Shown: piece by piece, positions 1 through 10,100 of the stretch
How positions within the stretch are numbered: the first letter of the stretch is position 1
Layout of the letters: every line of letters starts with the position of its first letter
Origin: an uncultured Bacteriovoracaceae bacterium
Lineage (GTDB): Bacteria; Bdellovibrionota; Bacteriovoracia; Bacteriovoracales; Bacteriovoracaceae
DNA: 46,747 bases
Assembly (NCBI GenBank): GCA_964012805.1
Contig: CAXGUD010000028.1
Span: forward strand, 1-46,747
Direction: 5' to 3'
The notes under the pieces: model-generated
Told to the model about the DNA's origin: nothing
What the model saw: only the letters and a program-made list of their open reading frames with translations
Databases searched by the model: none
Position numbers and translations under genes: made by a program

Positions 1-850
1 CTTTATCTGATAGGTTAAACTCAAAAAATGTACCAACACCATCACCCCAAAACTTATTGACTTCTGCTTGCCCTATCGTCTTGACGACCTTTAGGCTTCC
101 ATAAGCAATCAATCTTTTTAACTTCCTCTTTACATAACGCGCTTGAACGGTAAACACCCCCGTTTTTCTGACGTTGCAAAGCCAAGTCCCTTCGGCAATA
201 AGCCCAACATTAACAGAGGCTCCAACACCAAACCTTCCTCCTGCAGCGGCACCTGCCCCAACCATAAGACCAAGACCGCCCGTTACACCATAGCTGAGAG
301 CATCGCCAATTTTATATTTATTAAGAGCCTTTATATTATGCGGAACAAGAGCAACAGTTGGTAATTTTTTAATGTCTGCATATTTTTTTACATGGAGGTC
401 TGCAATAACTCCTCCTCCGGCCTTAATCATAACTCCAATTTGAGGACCAGCGCTAAGGGGAAAGACACCTCCTGTACTCACTGTACCCGCACCTCCTAAT
501 ACATCAGTTGGAAGAGTCATATCCCCCACTCTCAAATACTTTGTCACAAGAAAACCAGACCCATCATTTGGGGGAGGAGCATTTTCTTTGAAATTCTCAT
601 TCACTTCAAAAGCTTTCGATTTGGAGAGGTTGACTATTGTTTGACCCTTTTCGAGTTCAGCCATGTACGCCAAAGTAGTCAAAGTCTTTTTTGGACCAGT
701 AAAGTCATCAGGCATTTCCACCATATGAATTACATTACCTCTTTTATCAACTATCATCCCATCAGGCATCCACTCTTCAGAAAAGCCTGCTTGGAAAATG
801 CAAAGAAAAAAACCAAAAAGGACCACTAACCGTTTTGAAAACTTATTCAT
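1..850 (-). CDS. Secreted hypothetical protein, 3' end beyond the window (absent from the ORF track)
   Basis: ATG at 850 preceded by AGGGG. The frame is open to the window edge by manual translation: MNKFSKRLVVLFGFFLCIFQAGFSEEWMPDG...GVTGGLGLMVGAGAAAGGRFGVGASVNVG...FFEFNLSDK. Sec-like signal peptide. Confidence 0.85.
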   Translation of the reverse strand, partial: MNKFSKRLVVLFGFFLCIFQAGFSEEWMPDGMIVDKRGNVIHMVEMPDDFTGPKKTLTTLAYMAELEKGQTIVNLSKSKAFEVNENFKENAPPPNDGSGFLVTKYLRVGDMTLPTDVLGGAGTVSTGGVFPLSAGPQIGVMIKAGGGVIADLHVKKYADIKKLPTVALVPHNIKALNKYKIGDALSYGVTGGLGLMVGAGAAAGGRFGVGASVNVGLIAEGTWLCNVRKTGVFTVQARYVKRKLKRLIAYGSLKVVKTIGQAEVNKFWGDGVGTFFEFNLSDK

Positions 851-1099
851 AAACACCCCTAAAAAGCTTTTAAGTTATATGCCTCTATAATGATAACCTC
901 TTTTAACTTTTTATTTTTGTATGGGAATTTGTTGGCCTCTTCGACTCAATTAAAAAACTTGACCCTAAGCTTAAAATTGGTCATAAAAAAAATATTTTCG
1001 GTAAAATTACACTTTTTTCTATTTTCTTTCGCTCTGGGCATTTTCAAAAATATTTAAAGAGTTCTAAAATTTTTTTGATTTTAAAAGAAAGGGAGTTTT

Positions 1100-1303
1100 A
1101 TGGATATTTTGAAACTTATCCCAGAGACGGGTTTAAACCCAAGGCATTTCTCGTCTGCCAAGGATTACATCTCTATTTTAGAATTGAAACTCTTTCACTT
1201 AATCATTCAAAAAGAAGGCATAGAAAAAGCGACAAGGTTTAGGATTGGAAAATCTATAGGACTTGAAATTGAGAAATTATGGGAAAAAGCAAAAGGTATT
1301 TAA
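1100..1303 (+). CDS. Small hypothetical protein
   Basis: 67 aa, AAGGGAG RBS just upstream, lies in otherwise empty sequence; no recognisable motif. Confidence 0.5.
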   Translation: MDILKLIPETGLNPRHFSSAKDYISILELKLFHLIIQKEGIEKATRFRIGKSIGLEIEKLWEKAKGI

Positions 1304-1418
1304 ACTTTTTTTTTATTTTTTGGGTCGCTTTGCATTTAAAAGTTTTGTTGAAATATGATGACTCCTATTTTAGCATCTTATCCTTTGATTTTTGAATTTT
1401 TTTAAATTGGAGTTATCA

Positions 1419-1874
1419 ATGATTAAGTATCTAGCAGTCTTTTTTACTCTTTTTTCTTTTCAAAGTTTGGCCCATGTAAAAATGGGAATTTATCAAGGTC
1501 AAACAACAGATAATGAAAAGTGTGAAGTTGAAATTAAAGAAAAATGGTATACAGATAATTTTAAACACCCTCTCAACGAGAGAGTTGAAGTTTATTTTGA
1601 ACTTGCAAAATCTCATTTTACGCTTGTCCACCCGCCTACTTATATGATCGAAAAGGAAAGAGTCTTTTTTAACCACGATATCTTAGCACAGACGGTATCA
1701 ACAAAAGTCGGAGCTAATGCTTTTATCCTTCACATGATCCACAGACCGGACAAAAAAGGGCCTGGTTCATTTCAATACATTCAGGATAATTGGCGAGACC
1801 CTTCAAAAAGAGAAGTCCTCAGCTGTAACGATTTAAAGTTTATGGGACCAAAGAAAGAATCTTTAAATAATTAA
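1419..1874 (+). CDS. Secreted hypothetical protein
   Basis: ATG 1419 with GGAG upstream is preferred over TTG 1392. Signal peptide MIKYLAVFFTLFSFQSLA; two Cys. Confidence 0.8.
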   Translation: MIKYLAVFFTLFSFQSLAHVKMGIYQGQTTDNEKCEVEIKEKWYTDNFKHPLNERVEVYFELAKSHFTLVHPPTYMIEKERVFFNHDILAQTVSTKVGANAFILHMIHRPDKKGPGSFQYIQDNWRDPSKREVLSCNDLKFMGPKKESLNN

Positions 1875-1883
1875 CTTAAAAGA

Positions 1884-1929
1884 AAAGCTTCCCTCATTTT
1901 CTTCGAAAAATGAAAGTGAGGGTGGCTTT
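1884..1929. terminator. Hairpin between convergent genes, possible bidirectional terminator
   Basis: CCCTCATTTT (1891-1900) pairs with AAAGTGAGGG (1913-1922), with flanking AAAGC/GCTTT. Confidence 0.5.
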
Positions 1930-1940
1930 AAAAAGAAAAA

Positions 1941-2084
1941 CTAATTAGATGGACCGAAGTCACCTTCTTCACATGTTGGGTGGCCTTGACAAGTACTGTC
2001 TTGTCCATTTTCTTTTGCAACTAATGAATTAAAAGAAAAAGAAAAAGATAAAACAAAAAACAACATTGCAATTTTCTTAAACAT
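1941..2084 (-). CDS. Small secreted 47-aa peptide with two Cys (below the ORF track cutoff)
   Basis: MFKKIAMLFFVLSFSFSFNSLVA-KENGQDSTCQGHPTCEEGDFGPSN*. GGAG RBS 7 nt upstream, signal peptide, upstream promoter-like motif and downstream hairpin. Confidence 0.7.
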   Translation of the reverse strand: MFKKIAMLFFVLSFSFSFNSLVAKENGQDSTCQGHPTCEEGDFGPSN

Positions 2085-2117
2085 ACTTAAACTCCTTAAA
2101 ATCTTTTTGAGAGTTCT

Positions 2118-2146
2118 TTCATAAAATCAACCTTCGCTGCCGTCAA
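2118..2146 (-). promoter_or_regulatory. Candidate sigma-70 promoter for the small peptide gene
   Basis: Minus strand TTGACG-N17-TATGAA, overlapped by the inverted repeat AATCAACC (2125-2132) / GGTTGATT (2160-2167). Confidence 0.35.
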
Positions 2147-2405
2147 TCATTTTTTATTCGGTTGATTAATTAAATAAATTCTATTTTTTTCTCTGGTCCT
2201 TTTTTTTGTTTTTTTCTTAATTCATAAAAGTTGTTTATAAAAAGGGTTATAAAAATTACACCTGTTTAGCCTAATTCCGGTAAAACACTATTTTCTCTAA
2301 AGACCATCACATTTTTTTGTTATAACTCACTAAAACATTGAGTCAGAAAACATTAAGAGCTTTAAACCATGATGGCGCCTAAAATTGGCCCTTTGGAGAA
2401 AAAAC

Positions 2406-3368
2406 ATGAGCATTGAAATTCTTAGACACCCTCCTAAAGTAAGTTTATTGAGTTTCAAAAATGGTACTCCTGAAGAGAAGAAAGAGTTCATAGATCAACT
2501 TTTCTATGGCCTTAAGGAATTTGGCTCTGTCCTTCTAACCGACCACGGTTTAGAAGAGATTAATGTTAAGAAAGCTTATGACAGAATTGAAGACTTTTTT
2601 GGCCTTCCAGAAGAAGAAAAGATGAAGCATTGTCATAAGGAATATTCTGGTCAGAGAGGCTACACTCCTTTTGGAAAAGAAAAGGCCAAAGGAAACAACA
2701 TAGCCGACCTAAAAGAGTTCTGGCATGTTGGAAGAGAACTTCCAAAAGATCACCATTATATAAAAACCAATACTTATTTCGAAAATGTTTGGCCTAAATC
2801 AATTCCTGATTTCAAAGAAGACCTTTGCAGTATATACGACCTTCTCGATGAAGTAAGCCGAGACCTTTTATCTGCTATTGAAGTGGCCCTTGATGCACCA
2901 AAAAACTTTCTAACAGATATGGTTTTTGAAGGTAATTCTATTTTAAGAGGGATTCACTACCCAAAACTTAGTGGTGGAGAAACCAAGGGTGCCTTACGTG
3001 CCGCTGCTCACGGAGATATCAACCTTATAACTCTTATGGTTGGACCAACTGATTCCGGTCTAGAGATTTTAGATAGAAAAGGAAAAAGCTGGGTTCCTGT
3101 TAACAGTTTTACAACTGAAATTGAAGTTCACGTGGGTGACATGCTCTCAAGAATAACAAATGAAATTATTCCTTCTTCCATTCACAGAGTTGTTAATCCA
3201 ACAGATGAAAACAAGGCAAGATACTCTATGCCTTTCTTTGTCCACCCAGCTCCAGAAGCAGTCCTAAACTGTATTCCATCCTGCATAGGAAAGGGAGCTA
3301 AATACCCCCCTATTACATCTCATGCTTTCCTTATGGAGCGCTTAAAAGATATCAATTTGGTTTACTAA
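2406..3368 (+). CDS. Isopenicillin N synthase-like 2OG-Fe(II) oxygenase
   Basis: HxD (AHGDIN), distal His (SIHRVV), RYS 2OG-binding motif, GQRGYTPFGKE and DLKEFW. ATG 2406 with GGAG RBS. Confidence 0.9.
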   Translation: MSIEILRHPPKVSLLSFKNGTPEEKKEFIDQLFYGLKEFGSVLLTDHGLEEINVKKAYDRIEDFFGLPEEEKMKHCHKEYSGQRGYTPFGKEKAKGNNIADLKEFWHVGRELPKDHHYIKTNTYFENVWPKSIPDFKEDLCSIYDLLDEVSRDLLSAIEVALDAPKNFLTDMVFEGNSILRGIHYPKLSGGETKGALRAAAHGDINLITLMVGPTDSGLEILDRKGKSWVPVNSFTTEIEVHVGDMLSRITNEIIPSSIHRVVNPTDENKARYSMPFFVHPAPEAVLNCIPSCIGKGAKYPPITSHAFLMERLKDINLVY

Positions 3369-3393
3369 AGTCCTTTCTTCCTTTTTCCGATCG
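3366..3393 (+). promoter_or_regulatory. Candidate sigma-28 (FliA) promoter
   Basis: TAAA-N16-TCCGATCG versus consensus TAAA-N15-GCCGATAA, about 25 nt before ATG 3418. Confidence 0.35.
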
Positions 3394-3417
3394 AGTTGAT
3401 AGAAAAAGGAGAACAGC

Positions 3418-3837
3418 ATGTTTGGCAAAATAATCGGTTTGACCCTAGGGTTTACTCTTATACTTGGGGTAAAAATGGGTATACGATACAATAAAGCCGA
3501 AAGTGATGTTTTTGAAAGCCAAAATCAAGCTTGGCCAACTTCTTTTAAAGACAATTTTAAAAAGTCATGTGAAACCGAGTTTAAAAGTTCAATAAAAAAA
3601 AGAAGAAGAACACCTAGTCAAAACCAATTAAACAAAATCGATGCCATTTCCAAAAGTTATTGCGGTTGCATTACTGATGATATTGAAGCGAGACAAATTA
3701 TTCCAACCAAGTTCAATCCAATGAAAGAGAATGAAAAGCAGTTCGCGAAGAGAGTTATTGCTCCTGCAATCAATGACTTTATAAAATCAAAAAATGGGAA
3801 AAAAACTATAAAATTTTGCATGGACAGGGCCATATGA
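3418..3837 (+). CDS. Membrane-anchored hypothetical protein with four Cys
   Basis: AAGGAG RBS, N-terminal hydrophobic helix, FKKSC...YCGC...FC pattern. Confidence 0.75.
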   Translation: MFGKIIGLTLGFTLILGVKMGIRYNKAESDVFESQNQAWPTSFKDNFKKSCETEFKSSIKKRRRTPSQNQLNKIDAISKSYCGCITDDIEARQIIPTKFNPMKENEKQFAKRVIAPAINDFIKSKNGKKTIKFCMDRAI

Positions 3838-3873
3838 AGTGGCCCTGAATTAAGAAAAAAAAATCAAATTAAG

Positions 3874-4791
3874 TTATTCAGTTTGCCTCTTATAGCGTTC
3901 ACTAACCTTCTCATAGAATTTTTTCATTTCACGACTATGGGCCTGCCCCTCTTTTAACTTCGTTTTGTGCTTTCCTCTCCACTTAACAATCATGTTGAGG
4001 AACTCTTTTAAGTTTCTTTTCACATCCCCCTGGTGGAGTTTCCCCATTAAGCCTTTGGATGGCTTATACCAAGGTCTTTTAGATCCTTTATGATTCCTGG
4101 CGTGTTGTTTTGATTTTTTTATAAACTTCTTTTCGTAGCGGTCAAAAATATTTCTAGAAGCATCGCTAAAAAGTCTTCTCCGTAAATCTATTCGGCTTTT
4201 TAAATTGGGACCTCCAAAATCATCGATTGTTAACCTCTCAAAAGTAACGCCTTGCTTAACTTTTAATAGGTACCAAGCTAATTCAAGCCTATACCTAACA
4301 ACAGCTGGTGGATCTAGGTAAAAGACATCATCTCTTGTTATTTTATGCTTTTTCATGAGCTTCTTCGTTCTGTCATTTGAAAGATCTATGTACTGAACTC
4401 CTTTTTTAACTTTAAGCTTAAAAAGTTCTGGAACCTTTCCTTTTCCTCTATTGGCATAAAAGCTTGAATCGTAAATATTTCCGGCCGTATAAATTCCTCT
4501 ACCGGCATAGTTAAGAGGACTGATTCCCGGAGGCTCTTTTATCATTTTCTTTTCCCAAAACTCCTGAGTAATTTTCAGGGGAAGGTTCTCTTTTCCTCCT
4601 AATTTGTCCCACTCATCTAAATCCCCCCAACGGTAGACTATAAGATCTGATTTTAAGGGCGTTGCTAAAAATTTCATTATCTTTTTTCTAAGGGCCCAAT
4701 CCTTCTCCGTATAGATACTATAACCAGTTTGGGCAAATGCAGAAATTATGGACAGGCCATAAAAAAAGAAAACCAGTAAAACTTTATTCAT
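3874..4791 (-). CDS. Secreted protein with a putative ADP-ribosyltransferase-like fold
   Basis: AGGAGG RBS and signal peptide (ISAFA). VYRWG...YAGRGIYTAGNIYDSSFYA...LFKLKV resembles the PARP/ART NAD-binding signature. The CDS is solid; the fold call is tentative. Confidence 0.55.
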   Translation of the reverse strand: MNKVLLVFFFYGLSIISAFAQTGYSIYTEKDWALRKKIMKFLATPLKSDLIVYRWGDLDEWDKLGGKENLPLKITQEFWEKKMIKEPPGISPLNYAGRGIYTAGNIYDSSFYANRGKGKVPELFKLKVKKGVQYIDLSNDRTKKLMKKHKITRDDVFYLDPPAVVRYRLELAWYLLKVKQGVTFERLTIDDFGGPNLKSRIDLRRRLFSDASRNIFDRYEKKFIKKSKQHARNHKGSKRPWYKPSKGLMGKLHQGDVKRNLKEFLNMIVKWRGKHKTKLKEGQAHSREMKKFYEKVSERYKRQTE

Positions 4792-4817
4792 CTTTCGACC
4801 TCCTTGAATTTCATTTC

Positions 4818-4844
4818 TTATCGGTTTTTTTATTGGTAGGGTTA
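4818..4844 (-). promoter_or_regulatory. Candidate sigma-28 (FliA) promoter upstream of the ART-like gene
   Basis: Minus strand TAAC-N15-ACCGATAA: one mismatch per box to TAAA-N15-GCCGATAA, 26 nt before the ATG. Confidence 0.55.
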
Positions 4845-4902
4845 CCTAGAAAATTAATTATTAAATAAATTTTTTTTAGCCTCTTTCTTAAAGGAATATA
4901 AT

Positions 4903-5967
4903 ATGAGATTATTTTCTCTTATAAAAAAGATCTTCACCTTTTTAATTTTAGCAAATGCCTTTTCTCATTTTTTTTCTTTAAGTTTCGCCTCAACAATTCC
5001 CCTCAAGAAAGAGGATATTATTACTAAAATTGCTTTTGGAAGTTGTAATAACCAAAATAAAAAACAAACTATGTGGGAGACGATAAAAAAAGATCATCCA
5101 AAACTATTTATTTTCCTAGGTGATAATGTTTATGCAGACACAGAAAATATGGAAACAATGAGGTCCCGCTATAATGACTTATGGACAAACTCTTCTTTTG
5201 AATCTTTTAGAAAGCAAGTCCCCATTCTTGCGACCTGGGATGACCATGATTATGGAGCAAATGATGCGGGGATGGAGTACCCGCAAAAAGAAGAATCTAA
5301 AAATATCTTCCTCGATTTTTTTGACCCAATAAATGAAAAAAGGCGTTATCAGAATGGGGGTATTTATACTTCCTACCTTTTAGGCCCAGAAGGTAAAAGA
5401 ACCCATATCATTTTACTAGATTCTAGATGGTCAAGAAGCCAGCTTAAAAAGCATAACTTCTTTTCAAGTCTTTTTAGACAGGTAAAAGGAATGGGTCCAT
5501 ACAGACCATCTAATAAACTGGGATCCTCAATTTTGGGCAAGGATCAGTGGAACTGGCTTGAAAAAGAATTCAACAAAAAAGCGGACCTAAGAATAGTAGG
5601 TACAAGCATTCAGGCATTAGCAGAATTCACAGGTTGGGAATCTTGGGCCAATATACCTCACGAAAGATCAAAACTCTTGGCCCTTATTAAGAAATTTTCT
5701 AAGACGCCCACATTTCTGATAAGTGGCGATGTTCATAGAGGAGAAATGGCACAAGTTAAACTCGAAAACGGTCTCTCAGTTCTAGAAGTAACATCAAGTG
5801 GACTCACCCATGCGACAAGAAGAGTGCCTCCTAATAAACACCGCCTTTATAAACCTATTTTAAAGCCTCACTTTGCGCTTATTGAGATAGATTGGGGGAA
5901 TCAAATCATTTTTTCTTTTAAAGGGAAAAACGGCCAAGTTTTCCGGAAACATAAAGTTAGATTCTAA
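4903..5967 (+). CDS. phoD: Alkaline phosphatase D family protein
   Basis: IAFGSC, GDNVYAD, WDDHDYG, LLDSR, SGDVH and EVTSSG motifs; N-terminal signal. Confidence 0.88.
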   Translation: MRLFSLIKKIFTFLILANAFSHFFSLSFASTIPLKKEDIITKIAFGSCNNQNKKQTMWETIKKDHPKLFIFLGDNVYADTENMETMRSRYNDLWTNSSFESFRKQVPILATWDDHDYGANDAGMEYPQKEESKNIFLDFFDPINEKRRYQNGGIYTSYLLGPEGKRTHIILLDSRWSRSQLKKHNFFSSLFRQVKGMGPYRPSNKLGSSILGKDQWNWLEKEFNKKADLRIVGTSIQALAEFTGWESWANIPHERSKLLALIKKFSKTPTFLISGDVHRGEMAQVKLENGLSVLEVTSSGLTHATRRVPPNKHRLYKPILKPHFALIEIDWGNQIIFSFKGKNGQVFRKHKVRF

Positions 5968-6014
5968 TTATTTTTATCGTTTTAGTTTGATTTAGTAGGA
6001 AGGAAGTCCAAAAT

Positions 6015-7109
6015 ATGACCACCGCAAAAAAAATAGATTGGAAAGATAAACTCATTCTTGCACCTTTAACTAGAGGGGGTCATGTTCCTTTTAGGCAACT
6101 TTGTGAGAACTACGGTGCAGATATTACTATCTCTGAAATGGCCTATGCTTTCAAACTTGTTAAAGGAGACAGGAGAGAAAGAGCGCTTCTCAGAAGGACT
6201 TCTGAAAAAGGTGTCTTTGGTGTTCAATTAGCGGCTCAAAAAGCCCCTTATGCGATAGAAGCAGCTCAAATGGCCATGGATAAAGGAGCCGACTTTATTG
6301 ACCTCAATTGTGGCTGTCCTATTCACGATACGGTAAAAAGAAGAATGGGCTCTTACTTATTAAAAAAACCCACACAGTTGGGAAGTCTTGTCGAGAGACT
6401 TGTGAAAAGTACTAGTCTTCCTGTCACAGTGAAAATTCGTTCAGGATGGGATGAGGATCATATAAACGCTTTAGAGGTCTCTAAAATATTGGAGGAGTCC
6501 GGAGCAGAGGCCATAACAATTCATGGCAGAACAAGGTCCCAAAGATATTCTAAAAGTGCTGACTGGGATTTAATTAGAAAAGTTTCAGAACACGTCTCAA
6601 TTCCTGTTATTGGAAATGGAGATATTCTTACCTATTTTGAAGCGAATCAAAGGAAAGAGAAAGGGCAATGTTCTTCACTCATGATTGGTCGTGGTGCCCT
6701 TATAAAGCCATGGATCTTTAAAGAAATTAAAGATCAAAAATCATGGGAGCCTACAGGAGAAGAAAGACTAGAAGTTTATAAATTATTCGCGACCCTCATG
6801 AAAAACTATTTTGGAAATGATGACTTTGGTATAAAAAGAGCATTGCCGATCCTTGCGTGGCACTTTTCCTTTTTCTTCAAGTACCTTCCACTTCCTTTAA
6901 ACCAATTTGAGGATAAATCTAAAGAACACCCTCTTATTCAAACAAGGCTCGATAAGCCTTCTGAGTGGGTACAAGAAGAACGTGTCCTTGAAAAAATACT
7001 TTCAGATGAAAAAGAGAAAACTCATTTTAAATTGGCGAATTTTCTTCTTAAGAACCCTGAAGCTGACCTTAACTCACTTATTGATACAAATATGGAACTC
7101 AGTCCCTAA
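6015..7109 (+). CDS. tRNA-dihydrouridine synthase (Dus3-like features)
   Basis: LAPL, GVQL, DLNCGCP (catalytic Cys), VTVKIR, IHGRT, IGNGDI and MIGRGAL motifs. Confidence 0.92.
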   Translation: MTTAKKIDWKDKLILAPLTRGGHVPFRQLCENYGADITISEMAYAFKLVKGDRRERALLRRTSEKGVFGVQLAAQKAPYAIEAAQMAMDKGADFIDLNCGCPIHDTVKRRMGSYLLKKPTQLGSLVERLVKSTSLPVTVKIRSGWDEDHINALEVSKILEESGAEAITIHGRTRSQRYSKSADWDLIRKVSEHVSIPVIGNGDILTYFEANQRKEKGQCSSLMIGRGALIKPWIFKEIKDQKSWEPTGEERLEVYKLFATLMKNYFGNDDFGIKRALPILAWHFSFFFKYLPLPLNQFEDKSKEHPLIQTRLDKPSEWVQEERVLEKILSDEKEKTHFKLANFLLKNPEADLNSLIDTNMELSP

Positions 7110-10100
7110 ACCCTTGTAATTTTTAATTTTGATATCAGCATTAATTTTTTGAAGGTTTGTTTTAACAACATCCATGCCTATTCCTCGACCCGAAATCTCA
7201 GAGATTTTTTCCTTTGTAGTTAATCCAGGATTAAAAATAATGCCCATTTTTTCTTCTTCACTTAACTTTTTCAGTTCTTCAGCCTTAATAAGCCCCATTT
7301 TGATGGCCCTTTCACAAACCTTTTCAGAATTAATACCTCTTCCATCATCTTTAATAATGATCCTGATTTCCTCTTTGTTAAAATTTGAATGAGCTTCTTC
7401 TCTTTGAACTTCTTTACATAAAATTACAATTTCCCCGACCTCTTTTTTGCCCTTTTTTACTCTTTCTTTGGGATCTTCAATTCCATGATCGAGAGCATTT
7501 CTCACAATATGAATAACCGCATCTTTTAAAAGTGAAAGTTTATCTTTACCTATAGACGCTTGATCCCCATTCAATTGAAGCTTGACTTTTTTCCCCAATG
7601 TTTTTCCGACATCTTTCACCATACTTTTAAGGTTTTTGAAAGAGTATTTTAGTGGGACTTCTAAAAGGAGATTAAACTGCTTCTCAACCTCTTCTTTTAA
7701 CGATTCTGATTCATTTAAGGCCATCAACCGATCCCTGACGACTTCAAAGTTTTGAGAAAGAACATCCACTGAATCAGGGCTCATTTCGAATTCCTCCTCC
7801 TCTTCTAAAGTGTAATATTTTTTCAAGGCCCTCAATAAGTCAATATTTAAAAGGTAGTGAAACCAAATAGGATTTTGATTTGAAAGAAGCAGTTTTAACA
7901 AATTCATAATTCCAGCAAAATCCTTATTCCTAAGATCCTCATTATTATTTAAGTAATCTTCTAATAAAGTAAAGTTACTATCTCCATCTTTCAAACATTG
8001 AATAAAAGCTGAGAAAGTTTCATTAAACTTTATATGAATTTTTTCAATTGGAATAAAGTTATAAAAGTTTCTATCCTCGCTATCGTTAAAAAATTTAAAG
8101 GTTTTATATATTTCTTTAAAACTAAAACCTTCCTTTAAAATATCCTTAATAGATCCAATGATTAAGGGTTCCTCCTTCCATCCAAAGCGTTTTCCCCATT
8201 TTTCAATTTCCTTTACAGCCTCTTTTTTTTCTATTTCTCCTAGAAAGATATTATTTAACTCATTTATAATTGACTCACGAACAGAGATAGGTATCTCATA
8301 GGAAGAATTGAGTGAGAAAACAATACTAAAGAAATCCCACATACTATTTAAGCAAAAAGATATATTAACCCTCTCTTCATGAGCCTCAATATCTAATTCG
8401 ATAAGGTCATAGAGGTATCTCATTATCGCTGGTAGGTAAAAAAGATTTTGTCCTATTATTTTTCCTGCTAAAATGTAATTTGCCTTTTTAAAACCTTCGG
8501 AGTCAATGCTTACTCCCTTTTCCAATAAATGAACAACTTTAAATAACTCAACAAACATTTCAATCCATGCCTCATCACTTAAATCTAGAGGCCTGTTTTG
8601 TGATGAGTTTAAAAACAATCGGTAAGACTCCATCCTTACATCTTCAAGTGTGGGAAAAAATTCTTCCAAAATAATGTTGGGATCGTAATTTTTCGTTTCA
8701 AGTTCTATTATATGAGTTTCTAAAGAGTGAATGTTTTCAGATAGGGCATTATTCCCAATAGATCTAGAGATACCTTTTAGCCCATGGAGCTGTCTCTTTA
8801 TGGAAAGAAAGATTTGATCTCTGTAATCAGAATCCAATTTTCCGATTTTTGACAATAAACTAAAGTGCGGTTCCAAATCGACTTCATTATGTTTTTGACC
8901 ATTATAGAAATGACTTAACCAATACTCTAACTCCTTCAAACCCTCATGGTATTCCTCTTTAAGAATTTTGTCTTGTTCACTTTCAACACCTAAAATTTCC
9001 TCAGCTGGCCACAAGTACTCATTAATCTGTCCTTGAAGTCCATAAAGATCCTGAGTAAATTCAGACATATCATTACTTGTCCACTTATCAAAAGATTTCA
9101 ACCTTAATTCCGAAAACTTTGTTTCTATTTCATGAGTGTAATTTGAAATAAGCGAAAGACCATAAATTCTTGAGTTTCCTTTAATGGTGTGAAGATCTCT
9201 TAAAAAATCTTCTAAATTAACTAAAGGTTTTTTTTCTGATATGAGGGTCCTTAAGTTTTTCCAGTTTGCCATGGCCTTATTAAAAATCTTGATAGTATCT
9301 TCAAAAAAAAAGTTTAGATCCTCTTTTTTATTAACAACCAACTCCTGAATCAAAATAGACTTTTTATTTCCTTTTTCCCTTTCCTTAATCATCTCCTTTT
9401 CCAATCTCTCTACTTCTGTTATATCTTCTATAACATACATGAGTCTTTCCAAAATACCTTCATTAGAAAAAAGTGGAGTATTTATAACCCTTAAAATTTT
9501 ATCTGTATCATCCTTATTTTCTCTATAAAGGACTCTATCAGGCAATAAATCCTTCATCATTGCCCATTGCAAATCATCTGCATTGAAAATAACTTCTAAT
9601 GCCATATTAATTTTTGAAAATTGTTCACTTTTTCTATCGATATTTTTGTAAATTGATTCAAAGACGCTTTTTCCTCCGACATCCATTCCAAAAATCTCGT
9701 TTGAAAAAATAGACACTGGTTCAATAGTTTCTGCATTGCTATTAACAATAAAAACTGCTTGCCTCATATTATTAATAAGTTCGCTTACCTTTCTTTGAGA
9801 CTCTTCCGCTTTATCTCTTGCATCCTGGGCTTCTTTTGTTCTTCCTAAGACTTCTCTCTCTAAATGGAGGGTTAGATTTTCGGCTGTATTATGAGCAATA
9901 GCATTTTTTTTAGCGATGTTATAACTTTGAAAAAGGATAAATAGTAAAACACAATAAGATGAAATATAAATTGGCTTATCCGCCTGAAAGTTTATGACAA
10001 TATCATGAATTCCTCCAAAACACATGATGAGCATAGGTATAAAACTCAAAATATAGTGGTATTGTTTTTTCCATATGGCAGAAGAAAATTTAAAGATGAT

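Noticed and set aside
143..829. Plus-strand ORFs 143-364 and 641-829
   Set aside because: They are shadows of the longer minus-strand gene at 1-850, which has an RBS and a signal peptide.
3418..3837. Cys-containing protein considered as immunity for the ART-like gene
   Set aside because: It is convergent rather than co-transcribed, has its own candidate promoter and shows no immunity-family motif.
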